DNA of 63,305 nt, the filler included, from Kipferlia bialata (taxonomy: Eukaryota), in assembly GCA_003568945.1 (NCBI GenBank). It is 4 parts of 4 records of this genome, joined end to end, with 100 filler letters (N's around TTAATTAATTAA, not from the genome) between each part and the next. Parts side by side here need not be neighbours in the genome. Positions count along the whole stretch, not along the records: positions 24,241 to 42,120 come from BDIP01000236.1; 3 more parts are not named here. One strand, given 5' to 3'. The translations under genes were made by a program, and so were the position numbers. Shown in pieces: positions 25,082 to 37,000 of this stretch; within the stretch, counting starts at the first letter, position 1; every line of letters starts with the position of its first letter. The notes under the pieces were generated by a model. That model did not search any database. It worked only from the letters and a program-made list of their open reading frames with translations, and had not been told where the DNA came from.

Positions 25082-28000
25082 CTATAGCCCTGCCACTGCC
25101 GCGCTGACCTTGAGCAGTGCATCTGGGGCATCCATGTCAACGGCTAGGGCAGCCCTGGGGTCAGAGACATACATGACCACTTGTGGAACTAGACAATAGC
25201 TAAGAAGGACATGAATAGTCAAGTATTGCCTACTCTCCCGTACCTGGCCACCCTCAGCACTGAGGCCTGTCTCCCATTCCTACCCCCTGCCCCCTTGGAG
25301 CCTCCCTCTCTCTCTGCCCTGCTCAGTCAGAGAAGCCTAGGGAATCCCAATGCATATAGTAGATCATGCAACACTATAAAAACCCATACAATGGTGCTAC
25401 GTACCTGCATATCTCGAGCGCCCTGTCCACTAACGACTGTGGGAACCCAGCACTCCTAGCCACTGCCACTGCATATGTGTGGGAGATGGCACCGGGGGCC
25501 AGGGTGTACTGCAAATCAGTGGGGGACATCAGGTAGAGTCAATACTGCGTATACACTACAAGTATATTGTGTATAGTATGTGTGGGAGATGGCACCTGGG
25601 GCCAGGGTGTACTGGAGGGGTGAGGGAGAGAAGGGGGAGACGAGAGGACGAAGCTATGTATGTCCAGTACCTTGTATGCCACGATGCTCTCACTCTCTGC
25701 CTCCACCTCTGTGTGCATCACTGACACTCTGTGTCTAACAGCTGTGAGGGCACTGTCCGCTAGGGCCTAGAGGTAAGAAGGGGTATACTCAATACAGTAC
25801 CATTAACAACAGGAATAGTGGAGGGGTATAGTCGATAGACTAACCCTGGAGATGTGGTGTATAGTATGTCAGCGAGCTACTATCCAGCACGTACCGACAC
25901 CAGGTTGGTGGACAGGATGGAGAGTGGGCAGGGTGGGGCACTGAGCCTTCTGACCATAGCCAGGAACAGGGCCTGTCCATCCAGGGGGTGGGTGCCCCTG
26001 CCTGCCTCATCGAGTAGCAGCAGAGAGTGGGAGGTGCACAGGGAGAGGGTGCGGCCAATCTGAGTGGTGAGAGAGCGGACATCATGTGCACTGGTACTAT
26101 ATAGTATACATAGACCCACCTGGGCTGTGTCTGCGCTGAACGCACTCTGCACACTGGATGTCGTGTCCTCCCCTGTGAGTAGGCTGAAGATGCCGTCCAG
26201 GGGGCCTATGCTGAGGTGCTCTGCAGGCACATACCCACCCATCAGAGCATGGGGTGAGGACAAGGGGGAGAAGCGGATATAACTTGGGAGGGGGGATACA
26301 TACCTGAGCAGTGAGACACCCGACTGTCCTGAGGGCATGGCTCTTGCCTGAGGCATTGGGGCCACACAGCACGACAGTGGGAGGGCCACCCACAGAGAGG
26401 TTGGTGGGCACAGAGCTAGGGGGTCAGAAGGGCAGGTGGCTGTGTGTATATATAGAGACGGGGCCTAACCTATTGACCAGGGGGTGCCTCCCTCCCTCGA
26501 CGTGTATGCCTGGGGAGTCTGTCCACTCTGGCCTGCCCGTCCAGCCCATGTGCAGGGCGGCATGCACTAGGGCTAGGACACCGTCAAGCTCACCTGGGGG
26601 TAGAAGAGAGACACTCTAATATATATGGAGACATGGAGAGAGAGAGAGAGAGAGAGAGACCCTCACCCATTGCACACCCCAGCTGTGAGATGGGCCCAGC
26701 CGTTTCGGCCTGGCTCAGTCTGGTCTGGACCTCCCTGGGGGTGAGGTCAGGACACCTAGGTACATAGTGCACATATATACATACCCCCATACCTCAGGAT
26801 GTCCTCTGTGATGTCAGCCTCCCTTCGCTTGAGGTCACCGTACTCAGTGTCCAGGATCTAGGGTGAGTGGGTATATCCAAATATAGACTACGTGGCATCG
26901 TGAAATAGCCCTACCTCAGTCTCTGTGCACTTGAAGTAGAGGTGGGTGCCAGACGCAAATACAAAGTGCAGCTCGGGTGGATACCTGTCGTGTCAGACAG
27001 ACGGGCACTGAGAATATAACACACAGACATCGAGTATGTATAATAGTACCCACCCTAGTGCTATGAGCTGCTGCTGTGCCTCGCCCTCCTGCATGTCCTC
27101 GGACAGCCCATCGGTCTGGGGTGAGAGGAAAGGGCACATACACATACTACACACACAATATAGTATCCAGACTCACCTGAACCATAGCCACCAGATACCC
27201 GATCTGGGGCATGTATGTGACGGCCAGGGAGAGAGGCACGGAGTGCGGGTGGTCCCCAAGGCGACCCAGGATCTGAGGGTGAGAGGCACTTACCAGAGAA
27301 AGGGAACCACTGGGACGAGAGTAGAGCTATAGAGTATGCACTTACCTCCACAGCAGTTGAGTTGAGGATGTCTGGGAGGTGTTTGATGTGCTCCACCACC
27401 TGGTCCAGCTTGGGAGACACGCCCTCCTTGACCCGGACACCCCCGTTCTCAACAGTCACACACTGGGGTTGAGGGTTATGTATGAATGTGTTAAATAATT
27501 ATAATTGAAACTATGTATATGGAGAGTGGGTATGTCTCACCTTCTGTAGCATCCTGAGGGCATAGTGGCACTGGTCTGTCCACACACCCTCCAGACACCC
27601 CAGGACGGGGCACACGTCCAGCACCTCAGATGAGAGACCCTTCACCAGCCTGGGGGTAAGGAGGGGTGTTATGGAAGAGAGTCAATTAGTATAGTACACT
27701 ATGTCGTACCTCACCAGCTTGGATGCCGTCTCCAGCAGAGTGATGAGGCGTGTCCAGGCCCCCTTGGGTGCCACGCCTGCACTGTGCCTCAGGGACTCCA
27801 GTGCCTAGGGGTGGAGAGGGTGGGCATATACATATATATAAATGTAAAGTACAGACGGCACTGGGGGGTCCCTACCTGCCTGGGGTCTGCCAGTCCCTTC
27901 AGCAGCTCCTTGAGGCTGTTCCTCATGCCAGCCACCTCCTGTCCATACTCACTGTCATCCCTGCCGCACAGAGACTCCACAGACCGCATCCTAATATATG

Positions 28001-29228
28001 AGAGGGAGGGGGGTTGATATAGGGTTAAGTATGGAGACCACCTCACCTTGCATCTCTGGCGTCTGCATCTCTGAGGGGTCGTAACAGCCAGGACTGAAGA
28101 GCTGCCCTAGGTATGAGAATGAGTAGGCCACAACACGACTAGTACAGTGTCTTGATCATATATATACCCACAGTGGAACATACCTGCCCAGGGTGCAAGA
28201 GGGAGAGTACAGAGACAGGATGCTCTTGGGGTATGTGTTGGCCAGCTGCAGACCACGCACCGTCTCTTCTCCTGGGGTGAATACACACAAGTATGGTGTA
28301 ACTAGTGCCACAGCACCATATAACTGCATACACCCACCTATGTGGACAATGCCTCTGAGCAGGGTGAGGGACACTGATGATGGCACAATCGAGTTGGTTC
28401 TGAGGAAGGTGATAAGGGCGCCAGAGGCACGCCACGCAGTGGAGTAGGAGCGCTCTCCAAGCTTCGATGCTATGTAGAGGTCCTTGGGGACACCTGAAAA
28501 TAAGATATATCCAATATTGGGAATGCCATATGTATCATACAGTAACTCAATCCCATAAGGATAGATCATTCCTAATACACACCTTCTGGACACTTCACGA
28601 CCCTCATGAGCTCTCTACGTGCAACACTCTCTGTCGTTAGGTGGGAGAGGAGAGGATATTTAGATGAGGAGGGAACTAGCAAGGACCCACTTATCGAGTA
28701 CAGGATGGAGTATAGAAACTGAAGGCGAATACACTCACTGTGTTAGCCACATAACTGGCCTCCAACCCGAAGATAGTGATACTGAGGACTGCAATCACGA
28801 TAGAGTACCTGAGAAGAGTGAGGGTGTGAGCATGGTGACAGCCACGGCCGAGGGGGCCCCAGGGGTCATGGTATCGTCCTCATCGGTGAAGGACACAGCA
28901 GCACTCAGGGTCTCCGATGACGTGGAGGGAAGCAGGATGACAGAGGGCCGGATCTGGGGTGAGAAAGGTACGATTGTGTAAGAGTCATAGACTATACTGG
29001 ACAGGTCACCTGAAGCTTCACGAGCTGCACTAGTGCGAAATCGGACTCGTCATCGTATCCCTGAGCCAGAAACACTTCCTTGGTGGCGTCAGTGTAGTAA
29101 GCAACCCCTAGCTGACCTTTCGACGAGTAGAACAGCGACAGGATTCGGGACCCATTGATACTCCCTTCCATGCACATCTTACTGCGGCTCCGGCCATTGC
29201 CAGTCCCGCTGGTGCGCCGCCGCCTCAT
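25082..29228 (-). CDS. MSH5: MutS homolog 5 (meiotic crossover protein), multi-exon
   Basis: Walker A VVLCGPNASGKS, ALMGGYVPAEHLSIGPLDGIFS, SLLLLDEAGRGTHPLDGQALFLA, N-terminal GQLGVAYY...DDESDF, YMPQIGYL and LDTEYGD all fit the MSH5 subfamily. There is no mismatch-binding domain I. Terminal exon AALAVDMD...VAGL*. Confidence 0.85.
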
Positions 29229-29405
29229 CTTACACTTTGTCTCGCAGTCAAGTCGGTCTAGAAAGACGCATATGCGAGGTCAGAGGTCCCTCTTGAATGA
29301 GTGACAGTTTCGCGGCTTAAGCGAGTGGTCTCGTTTTTGGCTGAGAGTTCTAAGGGTGCAGTAAGTCGATGCATCTTGAAGATGCATCCGAGAGCCTTTT
29401 CCGAG

Positions 29406-31390
29406 ATGAGCGAGGAGGAAGTCGTTGATCCCGCCGTGTTGGCTGCCAAGAAGGCAGAGAGGGAGGCCAAGAAGGCCGCCAAGAAGGCCGCCAAGGAGAA
29501 GAAGGCCCTGGAGAAGAAGGCCAAGCAGGAGGCTGCTGCCAAGGCTGCCGCCGCCAAGAAGGCTGCTGCTGCTGCCAACACCTCCCAGTTTGTGGTGGAC
29601 AAGGCTGGCGACTTCGCTGAATGGTTCGTTTCCTTGTTACTTCTGTAGCTTTGGTTTTATACACTCGACACAGTTTTTGTGTGTCTCTGTTTAGATGTCT
29701 CTGTGTGTTTCCTTCAGTGCATGACTCGCTATGCAGTCGCAGTATCTTCCATTTGATAACATTCGCTCCCTTCTGACGCCCAGGTTCGACCAGATCCTCA
29801 CCATGGCCGATGTTGTGGACAAGAGGTACCCCGTCAAGGGCATGGATGTGTTCAAGCCCTACGGCTACTACATGCACCGCAACATCATGAGGATGGTGGA
29901 GGACGAGTGGGAGGAGCAGGGCTGCGAGCACGCCCTCTTCCCCTCCTGCATCCCCCAGTCTCTGCTGGACAAGGAGGCCGAGCACCTTGAGGTATGTGTG
30001 TACCGTATCTTTGGAGTGTCTTCACATTGCTCCTACCACTCACTAGGGCATGGCAATGTATTCATGTCTCACTTACATCTCCTATGTTGGCCACTGACGT
30101 TATTCCTCATCAGAGTGTCTGCCCTTACCCTCTCTCACCCCAGGGCTTTGTCCCCGAGGCCTACTGGGTGGACTACGCCGGAAAGACCAAGCTTGACGAC
30201 CGTCTGGCCCTGCGCCCCACCTCCGAGACTGCCATGTACGTATGATGTGCATGTATATCATTGCTGTTCGGGATTGGAGGATCAATATCTATTCTAGTCT
30301 GCTATGAGCTCTGTGTGTCCCTATGTCTGTGTCTCCATCCCTATGTGTATGCCTTGTCTGACCCCCAGGTACTCCATGTTCTCCATGTGGATCAGGACAT
30401 ACCGTGACCTGCCCCTCAAGATGCACCAGACATGCTCTGTGTACAGGTCAGACATACAGTGTCTCATTCCATTCTAGCTACCCTCCTCTCTCTCTCTAAC
30501 CCTTAGGTTCGAGACCAAGTCCACCAAGCCCCTGATCAGGGTCAGGGAGATCCCCTGGAATGAGGCCCACACCTGCCACGCCACCAAGGCCGAGGCCCAG
30601 GAGAACCTCGACGCAGCCTGGGAGTCTTACGACAAGGTATGTAGATATAGAGAGAGAGAGAGAGAGAACAGTGGTGTCACTATCCACTCCCCCTCCCCTT
30701 CACATATGTGACAAGAGTCATTGACTGTCACTCACCCTAGGTGTTCCACGGTGAGCTCGGATTCTGGGGCGTCAAGCTCTACCGTGCCCCCTGGGACAAG
30801 TTTGCAGGTACATACATAAATAGTGTACCTTACATATCTAGGCAGCTAGTCACTAGAGTGGATGTTCCCCTCTCACCCTCAGGCGCTGACCACACCGAGG
30901 TGCTTGACGTTGTCATGCCCTGTGGCCGTGTGCTGCAGACAGTGGGAGCACACAACCTCGGACAGAGGTTCTCGAAGGTACACAATACATATACATATAC
31001 ATATACATACTGTCATACTGCAAAGGTCTGTGTTCTCATCTCTCCCTCTCACCCCAGGGCTTCGACATCAAGTTCAAGGACGAGAACAACGAGGACAAGC
31101 ACTCCTGGATGACCTGCTACGGTATCTCCACCCGTGTGCTTGCCGCTGCCATCTCCGCCCACGGTGACAGCAAGGGTCTCATCCTGCCCCCTGCCCTGGC
31201 CCAGAAGCAGGTCGTCATCGTGCCCATCATCCGCAAGACAGGCCGCGAGGAGGTGTACGCCAGGTGCGCCGAGCTTGCCAAGGAGCTCAAGGCTGCCGGC
31301 ATCAGGGCCCACGTTGATACTAGGGACCTGTCCCCAGGGGCCAAGTTCTTCTTCTGGGAGATGAAGGGAGTGCCCGTGCGTGTTGAGGTG
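29406..31390 (+). CDS. proS: Prolyl-tRNA synthetase, archaeal type; C-terminal part missing
   Basis: Eight exons give [91 protein letters not shown] and [12 protein letters not shown]. The sequence stops inside the anticodon-binding domain. Confidence 0.95.
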
Positions 31391-31440
31391 GGTGTTCATA
31401 CTACAACTTTATTGCGACTGTACTCTCTCTCTCTCTCTCT

Positions 31441-31478
<38 letters not shown>

Positions 31479-31532
31479 TCCCCCCCCTCTCTCCCCCCCC
31501 CCCCCCCCCCCTTCCTCTCTCTCTAACCCCAG

Positions 31533-32567
31533 TGGCCGGTCCGTCCTCTGGGTCCACCCCCCAACAGATGGACAGACTGACAGACCTGGTCAAGAGAGAC
31601 CTGGATGCTCTGCAGACCAGGCTCAGGGGCATGGATGCTAGGGGGGGGAAGGGGGTGCTGGCCAGACACAATAGGGTATTCACCAGCTGTACATCCTTCC
31701 ACTATATAATAGTAATGTTACTATTACTGCTTCTATCAGTTCAGTGCTAACCTCAGGCCGCCATGAACGCTCTCCAGGTGTCAGTGGCCTCCAAGACACA
31801 TGACTTCCAGACAGCACTGAGGAAACACTCCAAGGTATAGATAGTTACCAGTTCCGCTAGCTATTCTTGCAGTGTGCAGCACTATATACTTTGTGTCGTG
31901 TGCACATGTGTGTCACTACTCACTCTGTCCATGCCCCATTGTCTTTGCCCATCAGGAGAACTGGCCTGGGTCTTCAACTCACTCTCTCTCCACTCCCATT
32001 CTCCCATACTCCATTAATTCTTTACCCTCCCCTCCTCCCATTCCACTGTCCCTCCTCCCACCGCAGGCTGTGGCAGAGGCCGAGAACCGGCGGGGTGCCT
32101 ATGCCTCCCAGTCAGCCCTGTCTCTGATGGATGCCCCAGTGGTCAGTCTGCTGGGTGACACAGACGAGGGAGGGGCATTCCCAGGGGTGCAGGGCATGGA
32201 CCCCAACACTAACAGGGGGGACCCGGCTGTGGATGAGCGGGCCCTGATACCCGCCGAGGCCATGAGTGCCCTGACCGTCCTGTCCAGTGAGGCCGAGCTA
32301 GACGTCAGGGCCAGGAGCATAGGCGTCATCAACAGGACACTGGGGGAGATATCCCAGATGTACAGACGGCTCAACATGATACTGGAGGAGCAGGGGCAGG
32401 GCCTGCTGCAGGTGGACGGGAACATGGATGCGGTGGTGGAGAATGTGGAGACGGGACAGACCCACCTCGAGAGATACCTCACCCGACTCGAGGGGAGCAG
32501 GTGGCTCATGATGAAGATTGTGGGGGTGTTGTTTGTATTCATGCTACTCTTTGCATTCATTCGATAG
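31533..32567 (+). CDS. STX5: Syntaxin-5/Sed5-like Qa-SNARE; N-terminus missing
   Basis: Habc segment (MDRLTDLVKRDLDALQ; SKTHDFQTAL), SNARE motif (RARSIGVINRTLGEISQMYRRLNMILEEQG...NVETGQTHLERY) and a Syx5-type tail anchor RWLMMKIVGVLFVFMLLFAFIR*. Confidence 0.85.
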
Positions 32568-32679
32568 AACCAGAGGGGGTGCTGCTGTCTTGTGAGATTT
32601 GTGTAGTATCGTATATTTTCCGTCACAGTACTATAGTAGGAGGAGTGTATGGGTATTGTGGCTAGCAGAGTGGTGATAA

Positions 32680-33860
32680 GAGGTAAATACCTCTTCTCTC
32701 ATTGAGAAGACTTCCCAAGACTTGTTGTGGTAACGATTCACCTTGTTGTGGTAACGATTCACTATCACTTGTTTCCTCCCCTGATGCTGGTATATCAGTT
32801 ACAGTAGCCTGTCAGTGTTCCGTGCATCGTCTGTCACCAGTCACTTCCCCACAGGGGAATCCCCAGGTGTAGATTCCTGATTGCTTGCTCATGTGGCAAG
32901 TTGCCACTTGTAACGAGGAATAACGCCTTTGTAGTACAAAGTTTGTACACAAGCAATAGAGGACCTGACGTGTACGAAACCTGGAATCGTAGTATGGTTA
33001 CACCCACAAGGACTCGTGTAGTGACAATAGATATCCGGTGTCGTTGTCAATTTTCGACACTTCTTGCTGTATCAGAGTACACAATATTGACCATATTTCT
33101 CTCTCATCGCCGTGTCATATCCTCTGGTAATCTCTTCAGTCGTGATTCACGACTCGCGAACCCGAGATGTGTGACGTTTCCGGTATCCAAACATAGTAGA
33201 CAATCTCTGGGGTGTCACAGGTTCAATCTCGTTCACAGTATCAGTCTGATACTGTCTGTTATCGACGGGAATCACGCACAGGTTGGCACTATTTGTGACT
33301 ATGTACACGGCGATTCACCGAGACACGTATGGTATTCATATTTCGTATTTGCGAGTGAGTCATAATACACTGAGGATTCCATGAGGACGTAACTCCGAAA
33401 GCCAGATGGTCCATCTGAGATGGAGTGTCTCTTTCGGAAAGAGATAGATTCTATAATATCTGTGGCCATAGCCGAAGGTGTTTACCCACTGCTAATAGCA
33501 GTCTGCTATCAGGAATCCATAATGGTCCATTATGGATTATCCATTGCCTGTAACCGTAGGTTAGTCGTTAAGTTACCGAAACTAGAGAATGGTCCTCGCC
33601 GAGGACTCCTCAGATCTTGTAGCAAAGATGTATGGCACACGTCTACTTCGACAACTTCATGCTTAGAGTGACTCGAGACTCGAGTCTCGAGTCTCGAGTT
33701 ACTCGACAAGGAACTGAATGACTCGGAAATTTCCGATAGCTACTCAACTCTTTGTCACCTGCTGTTGTGTTTCTGTATATAACTGCTACTGTGCAGTTCG
33801 TTATCCCCGGATTCTCTGCTCCCCATACTACTATGATACTAGGCCTAGTATGATACTACA
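32680..33860. repeat. Intergenic field of short palindromes and micro-tandem repeats
   Basis: At least nine perfect inverted repeats with 7-12 bp arms around one central base, a tandem duplication of CTTGTTGTGGTAACGATTCAC (about 32720-32761), and four CTCGAG at a 7-nt period (33672-33698). Confidence 0.85.
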
Positions 33861-34069
33861 TCAGAGTGCTATTGAAGGAATTGGCTTATCTTCTCTTCAC
33901 ATCCTTGATCTACACATCATTTAGTTAGGAAACAACACCAAAACACGAACACAAATGGCAAGGGCATCCCAGTACTGAAAGGGGGATGCCTACCATGGGG
34001 TCTACACACCATGCATGCCAAGGATAACGACTACACTACTAGTACACCTCAATCAATTCTCACGACCTG

Positions 34070-37000
34070 TCACTTGTAGGCACGGCGCCTCAGGGACGCC
34101 CCTCCCCTCCCGCTGACCCTTGATGTATCTGGTGTCAGCTCGGTGGCTATGTGGCACAGGGTGGCTGCGGCTCTGGCACTGTCCATCTTGAGCTGTATCT
34201 GGCACTCGACCACCGTCTCCACCTCTCCATCACCCCAGACAGGCACCCCGGACACAGACACCCTGCTGGGCTGGCGGGGCACTACCCGGCACGAGGTGAC
34301 CTTGAAGGGCAGGATGGTGGCACCCGACGACACCTCTACCAGGAAGGAGTACCCTATGCGCCTGGCCACCGTGAGGGAGGTCAGGGTGGAGTAGGGGTGG
34401 AGCCTGATGCTGCCTGGGGCAATGATGCCTCGCACCACGGCCACCCTACAGGGGAACCCAGAGACCAGGAACTCTCTGATCATGTCCTTCTGCCTGGCTC
34501 TCTCTCTCTCCCTGTGTGTCGTGCTCTCCCCATACACCACGCTCCTCGACCGTCTGTGGAGGGTGGGGGAGCTGGTGGTCGAGGTGAGGGGCGTGAGTGC
34601 CGCAGGGGGGTGGGGCACGGAAGACAGCTTGGCCATGCCGCCTGTCCTGGCGTGTCTCTGCGACCGTGTCTGCGGCGCTGACACCAGGGGCGGCTTTGCA
34701 CTGGAGGGGTGCACATCAGCCAGTACCGGCCTCACCACAGCTAGCGACATACCACTACTAAAGGCTGGGGTGTTGATGCCGGACAGACCCGGTATGCGTC
34801 TGTGGACAGAGGGCAGGGCGGCAAGGGGGCTGGACCCTGAGGCAGAGTGGCGGCGGAGTCTGTTGTCAAGACACCTAGCCGTGTCATTGCTGGAGAGCAG
34901 GGCGAGGATCCTGGACCGCTGGGGGGATGCGACAGCCCCTAGTGTGTTACACACCAGCTGGGGTCTGTTGGAGGGGTCTACCCCACCCACCCTCAGGGTA
35001 ACAACCAGCTCTGGGCTCAGCCGACACGGTGCCCCCACCACATACCTTGCAGGGACAGCCTGCTCTGCCCCAGACGGGAACTGCCAGTCACACAGAGAGG
35101 CAGCGTCCAAGGGGGGTGCCTCGGACAGATGGCCTAGGGAGGGAGGGGACACGTAGCGACGGGTGTCAGCCATGCATAGTACAACGTCGACAGAAGTATC
35201 ACCATTGGGGGCGGTGTACAGCGCTGCATCGAGACAGTTCCGAGAGAGCAGATACACCCCGCTCTCTGTCTGCAACTGTCTGTATGTGAGGCCACAGGAG
35301 GTAGGGACCAGAGGGGAGCCAGTGTAGGCCGGTCTACAGACAGACACACACGCCAGGGCCTTGCGAATGGGCCGACTTCCCACCCCAGCACCGGTTGAGA
35401 ATGCGTCCAGTCTGTCTCTGGCCCCCACAGCTACTACCCTCCTCACTGCCTCGACCTTCGCACACTCGGCAAAGGTCAGCCAGTTCAGTAGGTAGGGCAA
35501 CACTGAGGACATGTCCTCTGGGGCCACAGGTACCAGGGGGTGGGGGTGGTCCAAGGAGGGGGTCTCGTCGTCATGGGTGTCAGGTCCAGTCGGTGTGGAT
35601 GCCCTGGCAGGGCGTGCAACGGGTGGGGCAGGTGTTCTATCTGTGTCGAGGTGGGTACGCTCCTCCTCCCACTGTGTACTGACGCTGTACCCTAGGGACC
35701 ATGCACTCTTGTTGCACAGCAGCCCAGACCCCCTGCCCATGACACAGGAGGAGAAGGACATGCGGTACACCCCGTTGAGGTGGTCGACTAGGTCCTGCAC
35801 ATGGGAGGGTATGGTGGATGGACCGGCCACAGTGACAGAGTCCTCAAGAGCCACTAGCACAATGCCTCCACTGCAGGATGAGCCAGAGATACCGGGTACT
35901 AGGGCAGCATACTGGGCTAGAAGGGCGGGGAGCACAAACTCATCGTCCTCGTCCTCCTCCTCGGCCAATACCCCACAGAACAGAGCCAGGGCCTGCACAA
36001 ACTCTAGTAAGGTACAGGGTATACCGTCCTTAGGGATGAAGGAGTGCCTGGCAGCCACATGTGGGTGGGTACATCCAGTGCACACATAGTCAAAGGCAGC
36101 GAAGGATATACCGTTCAGGACACTCTCCCTCTCCCTCTGCCTGTTCGACCCCGCCCTCTGGTGTGCCCCTATCCCCACCACGTTGTCAAAGGACTCCTGC
36201 ACACAGGTGGGTACCAGGATGACGGGTATGTCCTTGAGGATGCGGTCTGCCAGTAGCCGCTCAGAGACACAGGGGGGCTGGTGGATAGAGGAGGGACCAG
36301 GGGAAGAGAGGGTCCCAGATAGACGACTGAGACCGGTATGAGCCCTAGTGATGTCTGAGTCCTTGTCTGTGTCTGTGTGGAACTCAAACAACACAGACTC
36401 CCCACACTGAGGGCATAGGGGTTCAGGCGCGTCTGACTCTGGTGGGTGGATGAGCCCACACTCTGCAGCCAGGCTCTCTGACCCATATACCGTGTCTGCC
36501 AGTATCAGCGGGGACACCCTCCCACATGGTATGCCACAGGCCGGGCAGGGCAGCAGGATGGAGTGCACCTGCAGGTTGCTGAAGCGGTACAGGATGCTCC
36601 TGAGGGCATGGGAGAGGCAGTCCACTACACGACCCTCCATCGCGTAGTCTCTGCTGGCACCGTGGTAGAGGAAGGCGCACTTGAGCCCCTTACCACTGTC
36701 TGTGGCGTCTAGATAGACTGAGGAGGTGGTTACCACACACTCACAGGTGGGGGAGACGGTGAGTACACCCCCACTCACCCACAGAGAGTTGATACTGGGT
36801 ATGCACTCCGATACATATGGCACAGCACATAGGAGGGCGGCCACTGCGGCAGGGGGGATGGGGCTGGAGCTAGACACCACGTCACTGGGCCTCATCACCT
36901 CTAGGTAGGGGGCACTCTTGTGACCTATGGACGAGGTGGAGCAGCACACGACCCACAGAGCAGTGACAGCCTGCTCAGCCCCTGTGGCCACGTCCCTCAC

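Noticed and set aside
31109..31750. ORF with a long polyproline linker fusing ProRS and syntaxin
   Set aside because: The proline run is translated intronic poly-C bounded by splice signals and is a probable misjoin site.
32560..32570. Possible hexamitid-type genetic code (TAA/TAG = Gln)
   Set aside because: STX5 ends at TAG exactly after its tail anchor, and the 7.9-kb exon and conserved genes contain no in-frame TAA/TAG. The standard code fits.
32901..33924. Short ORFs in the palindrome field as transposase remnants
   Set aside because: No DDE, RT, tyrosine-recombinase or Rep/helicase motif was recognisable on either strand.
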